Shown: piece after piece, positions 39,509 to 50,761 of the stretch
How the letters are laid out: each line of letters begins with the position of its first letter
How positions within the stretch are numbered: the stretch's first letter is position 1
From: Zootoca vivipara
Taxonomy: Eukaryota
Assembly: GCF_963506605.1 (NCBI RefSeq)
Contig: NC_083288.1
Coordinates: 28,458,001-28,522,000, forward strand
Length of the DNA: 64,000 nucleotides
Direction: 5' to 3'
The notes under the pieces: model-generated
What the model saw: the letters and a program-made list of their open reading frames with translations, nothing else
Databases searched by the model: none
What the model was told of the DNA's origin: nothing
Translations under genes and position numbers: made by a program

Positions 39509-39530
39509 CTTGATGAATTCGCTTTTCCAT
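39509..39530 (-). pseudogene. Upstream coding mini-exon of OR12D-like E (MEKRIHQ+G)
   Basis: ATG GAA AAG CGA ATT CAT CAA G|gtaggc; phase-1 join to ag|TG ACA at 38748. Confidence 0.7.
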
Positions 39531-40572
39531 TAGATGATTGAACATGAGACTGATGTTAAGTGGTATGAAGGAAGTATTTAAAGGAGACAAAAGAAATACA
39601 CTCTGATTGCTGTGTGGCCCCACATGAATTTGTAAGCCTAAGACTTAGTATGCAACATGTGATACAGTAATTAAGTTTACTAGCAAACCATAGGTTGAAC
39701 TAACACATTTGTAGCCCTTGTAGCCCCAGAAGGAGGTCAGGGAGCATTTGCATGACACACCTACACACTGCAGCCAACACACTAACGTGTTGCAACACAG
39801 TTTGGAAATGTCTGTGTTAACTGTGGTTGAGAGTCAGAGGTAAAACAAGTGTTCTGAGCCCTTGGTTGGCAGTTCTATCACAGACAGAAGGGTGTTCCTC
39901 ATTGTAAAGCCTATGCATGAATACATGGTTCTTCTGAATGGTTCTTCTCCTCCTTTCCAGAAAAAGGTGTAGTTCTTCTCTTGGAGGCAGCCATTTGAAG
40001 ATAGTCTGGTCTTCTTTAGAGTGGCAGCGCCATTGTGTTTTCAGCTCAAAGTCATGCAACATGTGCTCAGCTTGTTAAAGATTGTTGGCTGTCATTGGGG
40101 AAATCAGCTACATTCATTAATTTAGTGCCTCCTCATGTGGGAATAGAGTCTATAAATCTCTTGGTTTTGAGAAAATAAACACTGTGTGCCTTTGAGAATA
40201 TAAATTGTGCTTTTGAGAACACAATTTGTAGAATCAATAAATTCTGCCAAACTGTTTTTAATGACCAATATTATTTTTAGAATATTCTTTTATAAGGCCC
40301 ACATTATTGAGTACAGAATACATCATAATGTAATTGTATTTGTGCCTTGGAAGCTGCGTTCGGATTTTCTCCTCATGTGCCAAGGCACCACCACTACCCT
40401 GATGTCCCCTGATTTAGGAAAAGAACCAATCAATACACAATAATAATTTTGGGGGCCAAATAAGGGTACAACTTTTTTTCATTACAGATTTAATAGGTTT
40501 GGCAAACACACTGGGTATGACCATTAACACCCAGCCCAGCTGCTGGAAGTATTTTCAAAGGGGGTTGCTCCT

Positions 40573-40868
40573 GAGATGAGGAGGACCTGTAACATACATC
40601 CAAATGAAATGATTTTTGTTTTCAACATTGAATAAGGACCATGCCTTCCATCAATCAAGATCTACCCCAAGGAGATGAGGAGGACCTGTAACATACATCC
40701 AAATGAAATGATTTTTGTTTTCAACATTGAATAAGGACCATGCCTTCCATCAATCAAGATCTACCCCAAGGAGATGAGGAGGACCTGTAACATACATCCA
40801 AATGAAATGATTTTTGTTTTCAACATTGAATAAGGACCATGCCTTCCATCAATCAAGATCTACCCCAA
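40573..40868. repeat. Perfect tandem triplication of a 99-bp unit
   Basis: Units start at 40573, 40672 and 40771. Confidence 0.95.
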
Positions 40869-41519
40869 AGATCTTACCTGCATTACATTGCAGCGGACAG
40901 TTTCGCCATAGAGTATACACTTGGCTAAGATCTACAGCCAAACCCTACAGGCATGCTCACATGGTATGCATGTTTTAAAGGCATGTTGGCTTTATCTCTG
41001 TGTTACATACATTTTTAGGTGTGTACAGGAAAGGGGAATCACCATAATGATTCATTGTGAAAAGCTGTAGACCAAGGATGGGAAGCATTAGCTCTCCATT
41101 TGTTCTTGGACCACAACTCTCATATTCTTTGGTTATTGGCAATGATGTCTGGGATTATTGGAGGTACAGTCCAACAGCACCTGGATTGTTCTACATCCCT
41201 ATTGTACACCTTTTGTGAGGTTGAACCAGTTTCAGAGACCACATCTATCCAACAGCTTATAAAGGTGCAATATAAAAGAACTGTGGATTTGATCTGATAA
41301 AAAAGATTTACAGAATTCATGCCCATTGCATGAAAATATCCCATCCACCAATAAAGAATCCAGCTATAGATGGCCCCCTCCCTTAGTTCAACACAGGAAA
41401 GCCTAAAAGTGGTTATGAGGATCTTTTGACATTCTCTGTGCCTAGCTGCATCTTATGACCTTCCATGGCCAATATCAGTTCTCTGAAACAAGGGCAATAA
41501 CAAACAATTAAGTCCATAT

Positions 41520-42452
41520 TTAAGGTCTGCACTTTTGATTTATTAATTTCTTAATAGCAGTTTTCACTTCTTGATTCCTTAGAGTGTAAATCAGAGGATT
41601 CAGAACTGGAGTGACAACAGTGTACATAAGAGTGACCATGATTTCTTGCTTTAGGGATTCTCCTGAGGAGGGGGGGACATAAGTCAAGATCGCCCCAGCA
41701 TAGAAAAGAGTCACAACTGTGATATGTGAGGCACATGTGGAGAAGGCTTTTGCTCTGCTTTCCTTAGACTTTACTTTTAAGAAGATGAAGGAGAGGATGT
41801 AGGTGTATGAGAGAAATGTTAGGAGGAAAGGGAGCACAACAATTAGGCCTGTAACTATGTTGAGGAGCTGGAGGTTAAGAGTGGTGCTACAGCACGCCAA
41901 TCTCAAAAGGGGTTTAATGTCACAGAAGAAGTGCTGGACTATGTTAGGGCCACAGAAATGAACCCGAGACGTCATTATGGTGTGCATGAGAGCATGGAGG
42001 AATCCCGTGGTCCAGGTAGCCATGGCCAAGAAAAGGCAAGTCTTCTTGTTCATGATGACAGTGTAACGCAGTGGGTTACATATTGCTACATAGCGGTCAT
42101 AGGCCATGACACCCAGCAGTAAAGCTTCACTGCTACCCAGGAAGTGGAAAAAATGAAGCTGTGTCAGGCATCCAATAAAAGAGATTTTCTGGTATCCAAA
42201 GAGGAAGCCTGTCAACATCTTTGGTACAGTGACTGTGGAGTAGCATATGTCAAGGCAAGAGAGGTTCCCAAGAAAGAAGTACATGGGGATGTGCAGACGT
42301 GGCTCAACCAGTGCTATGAGTAAAATGATGGCATTCCCCACCATGCTAACAAAGTAGACAAACAAGAAGATGATGAAGAAGGTGGTTTTCCGCCCAGGGA
42401 CATTAGTCAGACCCATGAGGATAAAATCATTCACATTTGTCTGGTTCTCCAT
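41520..42452 (-). CDS. OR12D-like gene F (intact, 310 aa)
   Basis: ttttcag|TG ATG GAG AAC CAG; ATG at 42452 (the ORF-track start 42455 is a GTG overlapping the acceptor); all OR motifs present. Confidence 0.94.
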   Translation of the reverse strand: MENQTNVNDFILMGLTNVPGRKTTFFIIFLFVYFVSMVGNAIILLIALVEPRLHIPMYFFLGNLSCLDICYSTVTVPKMLTGFLFGYQKISFIGCLTQLHFFHFLGSSEALLLGVMAYDRYVAICNPLRYTVIMNKKTCLFLAMATWTTGFLHALMHTIMTSRVHFCGPNIVQHFFCDIKPLLRLACCSTTLNLQLLNIVTGLIVVLPFLLTFLSYTYILSFIFLKVKSKESRAKAFSTCASHITVVTLFYAGAILTYVPPSSGESLKQEIMVTLMYTVVTPVLNPLIYTLRNQEVKTAIKKLINQKCRP

Positions 42453-42623
42453 CACTGAAAATAAAGGAAGAAATATTACAAGGAAGCATCATTATCACAG
42501 GCTGTTTCAGCTGTAAATGAGCAAAGATGAAGCCAAAGAAAGAAGTAAATCAGGTGGAAGGGGAAAAGGATAAGTAAGTCTAGAACATCAAAAATAGAAA
42601 TTGGTCTCATAGGCCTCAGTAAA

Positions 42624-43072
42624 TCATAGAATCATAGAGTTGGAAGAGACCACAAGGGCCATCCAGTACAACCCCCTGCCAAGCAGGAAACACCATCAAA
42701 GCATTCCTGACAGATGGCTTAAAGACCTCCAAAGAAGGAGACTCCACCACACTCCTTGGCAGCAAATTCCACTGTCGAACAGCTCTTACTGTCAGGAAGT
42801 TCTTCCTAATGTTTAGGTGGAATCTTCTTTCTTGTAGCTTGAATCCATTGCTCCGTGTTTGCTTCTCTGGAGCAGCAGAAAACAACCTTTCACCCTCTTC
42901 TATATGACATCCTTTAATATATTTGAATATATCACATCGCCCCTTAATCTTCTCTTCTCCAGGCTAAACATGCCCAGCTCCCTAAGCCGTTCCTCATAAG
43001 GCATTGTTTCCAGGCCTTTGACCATTTTGGTTGCCCTCCTTTGGACATGTTCCAGCTTGTCAGTATCCTTCT
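42624..43072 (-). mobile_element. CR1 LINE 3' fragment
   Basis: (ATTCTATG)n-type tail; TRSNGFKLQERRFHLNIRKNFLTVRAVRQWN. Confidence 0.92.
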
Positions 43073-43557
43073 ATCACAGCTAGGATCCTCTGCCAAATCT
43101 AAATGATCCCAGACTACACTTCTCTTGTTTCATTCCTGACTACGCTAAAGGGTATGCATAAGATTTGGGGTGGGCATGTAGAGAAGAGCTGATCCCTTCA
43201 TCTTTGCTGACTCCTCAGTCTCCAATCTTCTCATATTAGAAAATTGCTCTAAAGATCAGCCTACAATGATGTGATGGGCTTGTTGGCTCTGAAGTGAAGA
43301 TTGAGAACTTGCCTACACATAAAAAAGACACTGTGTGCTACAAAGGCCTGCCCACCAACCAGTTTTCCAAGCAAAAATATGTTTCTGATGTTTCATGCCT
43401 GTATCCATCACAGTCCTAATCAGCTTTGTACCACCTGTGTATAACAGGTACTGGGAATCACAAGTTGGGAGAAGAATATTGTTCTCAGGTTCTGCTTGTA
43501 TGCCTCCCATAGGTGTCTGGTTGGTCCCTGTTAGAGCAGGCTACTCTACTATGTTGG

Positions 43558-44057
43558 TGTGACAATCACCCCAAATTTAGGGACAGCATAGAAGGAGTTA
43601 AAGGGATTAGCCAGTTAGAAGCCTAGGGGGCGGAGTTAGGAGGATTATATAAACCCACCCTGAGAAGAGGAGGTGGTTGGTTTTTTGGAGGTTTGAGAAA
43701 GGGTGGCGGGGAGTTCTGAGAGGGGCAGGGGGAGAGAGTCTGAGGGGAGAGAGAGGTAGTGAGGTAAGAAGAAGGGAGAGATAGTCTGGAACTGTGATTG
43801 ATTAAAAACTGTAGGTATAGGCCGGTATAAGACTTGTTATTAAAGATAATAAGAACTATTCATTTGGAAACCACACGCTTATGTACTGAACTTCAATAAG
43901 CACAGTTTGTTCCAACATTATCCCTGACTGGAGTGAATGAAGAGATTATCAGGCATATACTGGTTGGTGGCAGCGATTAATTGATCAGTGGTTGGTGCAG
44001 GTACCAACGGACCGTCAAACGTCTGGGGCTTCTGTGCAGGTGGAGTGAACCGCCACA
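43558..44057 (+). mobile_element. Solo LTR (500 bp)
   Basis: TGT...ACA ends, 5-bp TSD gttgg, GC box gggggcggagt and tatataaa near 43646. Confidence 0.85.
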
Positions 44058-44805
44058 GTTGGCCTTTGACCTGACTGAGTGGGACTCTTCTTGTGTTCTT
44101 ATGTGACATTGGTGTGTATATCAAGTGCCTTGTTCTCACTCTAAAATTTTTGCACCTCATCCCTTTAGAAGAAGTTTATGTCTGCAAATTTTCATCCACT
44201 TCCCCTCCCCAAGTTATAAATGTTTCTTTTCCCATTATAGGATACAAGGCAAGCATCTGAAGCTTGGGGAAACAAGGCAAGACACTCTCTACCAGAGCTG
44301 TCAAAGTGGGTCCAAAGCAATTATTTTCCCCTACTCCTTTGATGCTCCAATGGTAGTAATGACAAAAAAAATAGTAGTAATGCCCCACTTCCACCATGCA
44401 ACTGCCCTGCTATTATGGGACTGGTAGATTTGGACTTGGCAGATCTTCTTCCATGACCACTCCTTTCTTTGACCAGATAGAATTATTATTGAATTACAGA
44501 GCACCTTCATTGTTGGCAAAGACCTAAGAAAGGAGAAGTCATGCTGGAATTAAGGAAGGATGTTTTCTGAAGATGTTGTAGGACTTCAGCTCCCATTATC
44601 CCTGATCGTTGGCCATGCTAGCTGGAGCAGATGGGAAATGGAATCCAAGAAAATATAAAGTTAAAATTGTTGTTATTAAATTGTTGTTATGTTATTGTTT
44701 TGCTCTGTTATGATGAAATTGTTTTTGTAGTGTTTGAAATGCATCCCGGTTTATTTATTGTAAGCTATTTTGAACATGACTTTTGTCTGTGGAAAATTGG
44801 CATAC

Positions 44806-44818
<13 letters not shown>

Positions 44819-44884
<66 letters not shown>
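44819..44884. repeat. (GA)n microsatellite
   Basis: Direct inspection. Confidence 0.95.
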
Positions 44885-44889
<5 letters not shown>

Positions 44890-45399
44890 GATAGCCACAG
44901 GTTCCCTATCCCTATATTCGGTCCAGAAGCAATTTCAGACCATTTTCTACTCTTTTAACCTTTCTCCAATTTCCGTCCTATATCCCACTCCCTTTACAAC
45001 TATTTTACCCACTGAAAAATTGACATTGTAAATCAGGAGTTGACTAGACTCAAGCACAGGAATGTGTGGACGTAGCTCATATTTCAATAGTACTTACACA
45101 AACATAATTGCTCAGCACTGGAGTGTTTCCTTTTAGAAGACCAGAGGAAGGAAAGGAGAAATTAAGAATACAGAAAGTATACTTTATACTTGCATCTTTT
45201 TTTAGGGACCAAGCATTAACTTTGCCAGCTATTCTTCTCAGTCAATGGTGTTCAGTGGAAAGCAGTATTCCAGAAAATTAGACAACTGGTGATGTTGTGG
45301 TTGTATGGTGCCGTTCATACCCAATAACAGTCCTTGTTTATGCAGTCCCTTTGTATAAAATCAATACACTGGGGATGCAGCGAGTAGAGGGACAAGAGA

Positions 45400-45465
45400 T
45401 CTGTTAATTACTCTCAAGGGGAGAAAATGCATAAATAAATGAGGTAGTTTACTCAGGGTTAATGC
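45400..45465 (-). promoter_or_regulatory. Candidate promoter of OR F (TAATTA next to O/E-like tctcaagggg)
   Basis: gttaattactctcaagggga; candidate minus-strand donor GTAAGTA at 45097; motif-only inference. Confidence 0.3.
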
Positions 45466-46119
45466 AAGCAAAGTACAATCCAACCCATATCATACTCTAA
45501 GGAGCTCAAGGTGGCACACATGAATGTTACCTTCCTTTTTTATCATCACAACAACTCTGTTAGGCTAAGAGATGATAACTGATCTGAGGTCACTTACTGT
45601 TATTTATGGCTGAGTGGGGATTTGAACCCTTAGTCCCCTAATCCTGGTACAACACTCATATTGTTCATATCAGTGTGCTTCCACTGGAACAAAACACAAG
45701 ACTTTATTTTGATGCAAGGGGCACATTTTTATCAACCATTTTCATATGCAACAAGCAACTTCTAATTAACATTATCTCAGGTCTGCTGACTTGGAGGGGT
45801 CTGTCCTGTCAAAAGGCAGGAGGGCTGGGTTGTCAGGGCACAGTGGGGGGTGGGGTGGGAAAAGAGAGGAAGGCAGATTCTGCAAGGCCTGCCCTGCTGG
45901 TGCTTCCATGTGGTAGGACATGGAACATGTTGGCAAAGCTTCATCACCAGGATTGAACACTGAGCCCTGCCACCCTTCCTGGCTGCACGTTTAATTAGGG
46001 TTCACAGGGTGGCTACAACAGCACACTTTATTTAATTCCAAGCAACGAGTATTCAGAAGCGCACTGCCTCTGAAATTGGATGAAGAAAATAATTGTGGTT
46101 AGTAGCCATTGACAGCCAT

Positions 46120-47118
46120 TGTGAAGTGGGAAAGTAGCCATGGTGGGTGCAGGGAGTTGCTAGAGAGGAGAAACACGAAGGCCCCAAGCTTGGCAACCTG
46201 GAAGTGCAGCAGTGGATTATGAGAACAAACACATTTTTAGTTGGGTGATAAAAATGCAGCTGGGAGATAAAATGACACTCAGGGTCGGGGAATGCTGTGC
46301 AGGCAAGAGAGGAAGAGACCAGCCAGCAAAAGGCTTGAAAGGATCTGTCTTGGATATTGACCAAATAAAAAGAGGTATAAAGTTGGGGGCAGAAGAGGGG
46401 GTGGTTATATGAAGGTTGCAGTGAAGTAACTGTAAGAGCACTTAAGGAGAGATTCAGGGCACAGTGCCTCAGAGGCGTCTTTGCCATAGGGCCTAGTGGC
46501 ATGTTGCGCCAGGGCACCAGCCTCTGGGGGTGCTGGCGGGGCGCAACCAGCAACTAAGCCCTATGCTGGTTCCGCCGCCATGCTGTGCCTCCTTCTCCTT
46601 TTCCCCGTGCTGTGTGCGCGCTGGTGGCGAAACCTCTCCAGAGGCCACACTCTCCCCTTCTCGGCCCTGCAGCGATGGCTCAGCTGAGGCGGAGTAGTTA
46701 GGCCTCCCGGCAAGGGGGAGGCGGTGAGCACGGCGGGCCTGTTGTGGGACGTGGTGGCGGTGGAGGACGAGGCACCGTGGTCGGGGCTTGGCGGGAAGGC
46801 GCACTGCGCTCCCCAGGAGGCTTCGGTGCTGCTCTTCCCTGGCCAAGTCAGCTGCTGAGGAAAGTGCGGGCAAGGCGACAGGCGTGCGTGTGGGAGGGTG
46901 GGGGGATCCCTGCACCCTAGGAATCCTGGCACCAGGGCACGAGACAAGCTTAAGACACTACTGGCCTGCCTAGAAGGCCTAAAAAAATCTATGAGGAGAG
47001 AACTCATAGGTGAGGCAAGGGAACAGCAATAAACAGTGTTGTTACTCAGATGTTAACTATATGCTGGAGCACAGAGTGAAATTAACTGTCCTGTAAAATT
47101 CCAGGGTGGGTTGTTACA
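46120..47118 (+). mobile_element. LTR-like element upstream of V2R, interrupted by a GC-rich insertion
   Basis: tgtgaa...gttaca, tataaa near 46376, aataaa near 47028; uninterrupted paralogous copy at 61453-61977. Confidence 0.6.
46470..46963. mobile_element. CpG-rich non-autonomous hAT-like element
   Basis: cagaggcgtctt...aagacactactg imperfect TIRs; absent from the paralogous block near 61810. Confidence 0.65.
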
Positions 47119-47120
47119 GG

Positions 47121-47422
47121 CAGGGCCGGATTTAGGTTTGATGAGGCCCTAAGCTACTAAAGGTAATGGGGACCTTTATATGTCCAGCAGTCCGTTGTCA
47201 ACAACAACATGCCACTGTTTTTTGTGTTGAATATATGTTATATGGTAATTTATGGACCCAATAGGTATCTAAAGCCATTTGCACATAACGAAATATGTAC
47301 CAGTATTTTATCAAAGTGCATTCAGTGTTTTCTTTTCCTATAATTTTTTTTGGGGGGGGGGCGCCCAAGAGATTGGAGCCCTAAGGTATGGTTTGTTTAG
47401 CTTATGCAGAAATCCGGCACTG
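47121..47422. mobile_element. hAT (Tip100-like) non-autonomous element
   Basis: cagggccggattt...aaatccggcactg TIRs; empty site at 61977. Confidence 0.8.
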
Positions 47423-48259
47423 GACAGGGATGCTATACAATTATCCAGTGCCAGTTTTATAAGCTTCCACCAATCAGGGAATGCTAGGTAAGGTTGGGAG
47501 GGAGAAAGTATATGGGGAAAGGAGTCGTCAGTATGTTGTTGGAACTCAGGTCTATTCCACTGATACATCAAAGTCAGCAGTCCGCAGTCACCAACCCAAA
47601 AAGTTATCTGGCTACAAAGGTTGGCTGACTGAAGGCCAAATATCAGAAGTTAAATGCTGATAGGGCAGAGGCTCAGTGGTTGGCCAGTACCCAAGTTTAG
47701 AGATTGGGAGATTTGCCTGTTATGGATGGGGTTTTACTCCCTCTGAAGTAACAGCTACATACCGTAGTCTCGGGATGCTACTGGAAGCCAAGTGATGGGA
47801 AGCCAAGTGATGTCAGCAGCAAGGAGTACCTAACCCTTATTCATCTGGCAAACTGAATATGCCTATTCCAGTAGCCTGGATTCTGAGATCTATGCAGTGG
47901 CAATCACAATACCGTATTAGATTCCTGTAATATAACTTTTGTGGACCTTCCCTACCCACAGGAAACAGAACAAAGTATCACAGCCAGCAAAGCATATAAA
48001 TGTAATTGCCTTTAAATGTAGCAGATTCTTTACTAGTCACTTGACTGAGTTAAAAGAAATGGAACATATATTTGCAGGACCCTGAAATTCAGTATACAAC
48101 ATTTAGAGTACAGTACCAGCTTCTTTGGCCAGGAAACACCCTCCCCCCCCCCAAGAAAAACCCTGCCTTATGTTAAAATCTTGAACATTTTAAGTACTGC
48201 ACTGATAAAGAATCTTACTAAGTAAATTAACTATCAGTAAAAATATGTGGGGCAAACAA

Positions 48260-48679
48260 TACAGTTTATGAACAACACGGTTTATGAATTTTCGGTTTAC
48301 GAACGCCGCGGACCCATCTGGAACGGATTAATTCACTTTCCATTACTTTCAATGGGAAAGTTTGCTTCAGTTTATGAATGCTTTAGTTTATGAACAGACT
48401 TCTGGAACCAATTACACCCATGCTTCGGGTTAAGTACGCTTCAGGTTGAGTACTCCGTGGACCCGTCTGGAACGGATTAATCCACTTTCCATTACTTTCA
48501 ATGGGAAAGTTCGCTTCAGTTTATGAACGCTTCAGTTTAAGTACTCCACGGACCGTCTGGAACAGATTAATTCACTTTCCATTACTTTCAGTGGGAAAGT
48601 TCACTTCAGTTTATGAACGCTTCAGTTTATGAACAGACTTCCGGAACCAATTGTGTTCATAAACCGAGGTACCACTGTA
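48260..48679. mobile_element. Tc1/mariner (pogo/Tigger-like) MITE with internal tandem repeats, left end truncated
   Basis: Right end ...aaccgaggtaccactg|ta; three internal copies of ctggaacggattaattcactttccattactttcaatgggaaag. Confidence 0.75.
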
Positions 48680-49650
48680 TTGCAGAATGATCTGTTGATA
48701 GAAATTTATCCATTAACACTACAAGTTGTGTCTTGTATTTCCTCCAAACCGGGCCTTCCATTTATGCCAAATATGAATAACCTATGGACGAACTTGACTC
48801 TAATACTGGACAGATCTGGATCTAGCAGGCTATATAACACTGGCTACTCTTTACCCCTCAAAGGGGAAAAAAGAGTGTCTGATTAAGAGAAAAAGGAAGG
48901 GAAAAAATATTCTACTAGTTTTTTTTATTATTCAGGATACAACCTCGGAAGTCGACAACACATTGGGGAAATGATAATCATACCCGTCAAAATTGCTGGT
49001 TTATGCAGTTGACATTCAGCACATGTTAGCAAGATCAAAAACAAGTGTCTGAAGGCTATAAAACACTTGTATTCTTCAGAATTAGATCTAGGTAGAGGCA
49101 GGGCCCTGTCATTCTTCTGTTAGATTCTTTCACTTATATGTTAGGATATATTTCAACAAGCTGCTTATTATTCTTGAAACAAAAACAAACATAATCACTC
49201 AAAGTAAAGTGAGGAGATAAAAACCTGGGTCTAGAGTGCATGAGTCCCACTGCCATCAGCGGGAGCGGGAGTCACATTCAACGAAATTATTCTTCATCCA
49301 GCTCAAAGAGAGAATAGATGAACAATATTAGCTAGAACAGTAGTCTTCCTCCCCCCCCCCCAGCATGGGCCACTTCTTTTATTTTGAATCCTGTGTTTTA
49401 TTGTATTCCAGATTGAATTTTATAGAATCCAAAATTATAATTGTTTTATAGACATGCTGTGGATAGCCTGAATGAAGTATGAACACCACTGGTGGTCGAC
49501 AAGCAGCAATTTGAGAACCCCTGAACTAGAAAACAAGCATACTGGCATCCACATTCCATAACAGACCAACTTGTAAATCTGTGCAGCCATAGTATTATAC
49601 ACCATTCAATTGAAGCTGTAGCAACTGAGGCTTTCAAAACGGACATTTGG

Positions 49651-49892
49651 ATGGGTGGTTTTTCCAACAAGGCTATGATGGTGGTGGTGTTGGTGCTTAT
49701 ACTGCTGTGTCATACTGTATGCAAGTCACATTTTATTAATTGCAGCATTCGTGATGACCTGCTCCCTATTCCTCATGAATTTTACCAGCCAGGGGACCTT
49801 GTTATTGGTGGGATTGTTTCTCAAGTCTTCTACCTCTATGATTTACTTTCTCTCTTGGAGCAGCCTACACATATTGTGCCTCGTGAACCTAT
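49651..49892 (+). CDS. V2R exon 1 (signal peptide, HEFYQPGDLVIGG)
   Basis: Hydrophobic leader; donor AT|gtaaga; start may be 49675. Confidence 0.85.
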
Positions 49893-50251
49893 GTAAGACA
49901 CCATCTCCCTCCTACCCTCCTCTCAAGCTTTTGTAATATGTTCAGACCATAATTACCAGGAACTCATATTTAAGGAATATTGCATTTATTTATTTATTGT
50001 GGGTGTGGAAAGATGATATGTTGGCAATGCTTGGAGTTGTTAATATATATTTTACCTTCTAGATAATATTGCTAAGCACAAGGAAATAATAAGCTTTCCC
50101 TCCCAAGTGCCAGTGAAACGAATGGATCTGGTACATTTTCTCTTCTCCTCTGCAGAATTACCTCATCAAGGAATATGATACTCACATATTACATGGGTGA
50201 AATTCAGTTTTAATGGTCCGTGGCCCACATCATATCTCACTGCCTTAGAAG

Positions 50252-50341
50252 CATAGCTGCCAAGTTATCCCTTTTTTACAGGGATTTTCCCTTATGCTGA
50301 ATAGGCTTCCTCGCGAGAAAAGGGAAAACTTGGCAGCTATG
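50252..50341 (-). mobile_element. 90-bp hAT MITE, copy 3
   Basis: Reverse complement of the 9004 copy; 8-bp TSD cttagaag. Confidence 0.9.
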
Positions 50342-50761
50342 CTTAGAAGACCTTCTGTATAATAGGTTCATTGCAGCTCTTTGAAATGCATTTAAACGTG
50401 CACAGATAAAATATTATAGGGGGTTGGGGGTTTTCAAAGGGTTTTTGAATTGGTCCTAAGTAACTGTGGTATGGTTTTCAAATGTATGTAGAATATTGTA
50501 AGATTTGCGATTCTATATTCTACTTGTAATCTTCTCTTTTCATCGCCTAATCATAGATGATCTCCAGGAGCACTAATATATCCAGATCATAAATGAGCCA
50601 ATATTAATTACTAGATATGACACCATCTTATACTGTATTTCACATTTAAGACCAGTAATAAAATAGTTTGAATTAAAAAGGTTGTTCCTTGTATGCTAAT
50701 GAACATTTTATACATATAAAATTGTTGATGGCTAAGCGAAATATTTAGCCACCAACCATAA

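Noticed and set aside
40573-40868. CRISPR-like array (also the internal repeats at 48260-48679)
   Set aside because: Direct tandem units without unique spacers, in a eukaryotic context with no cas genes.
44631-45031. ORFs with ER, VC or HT dipeptide runs (also at 20223 and 34103-34512)
   Set aside because: Translations of microsatellites.
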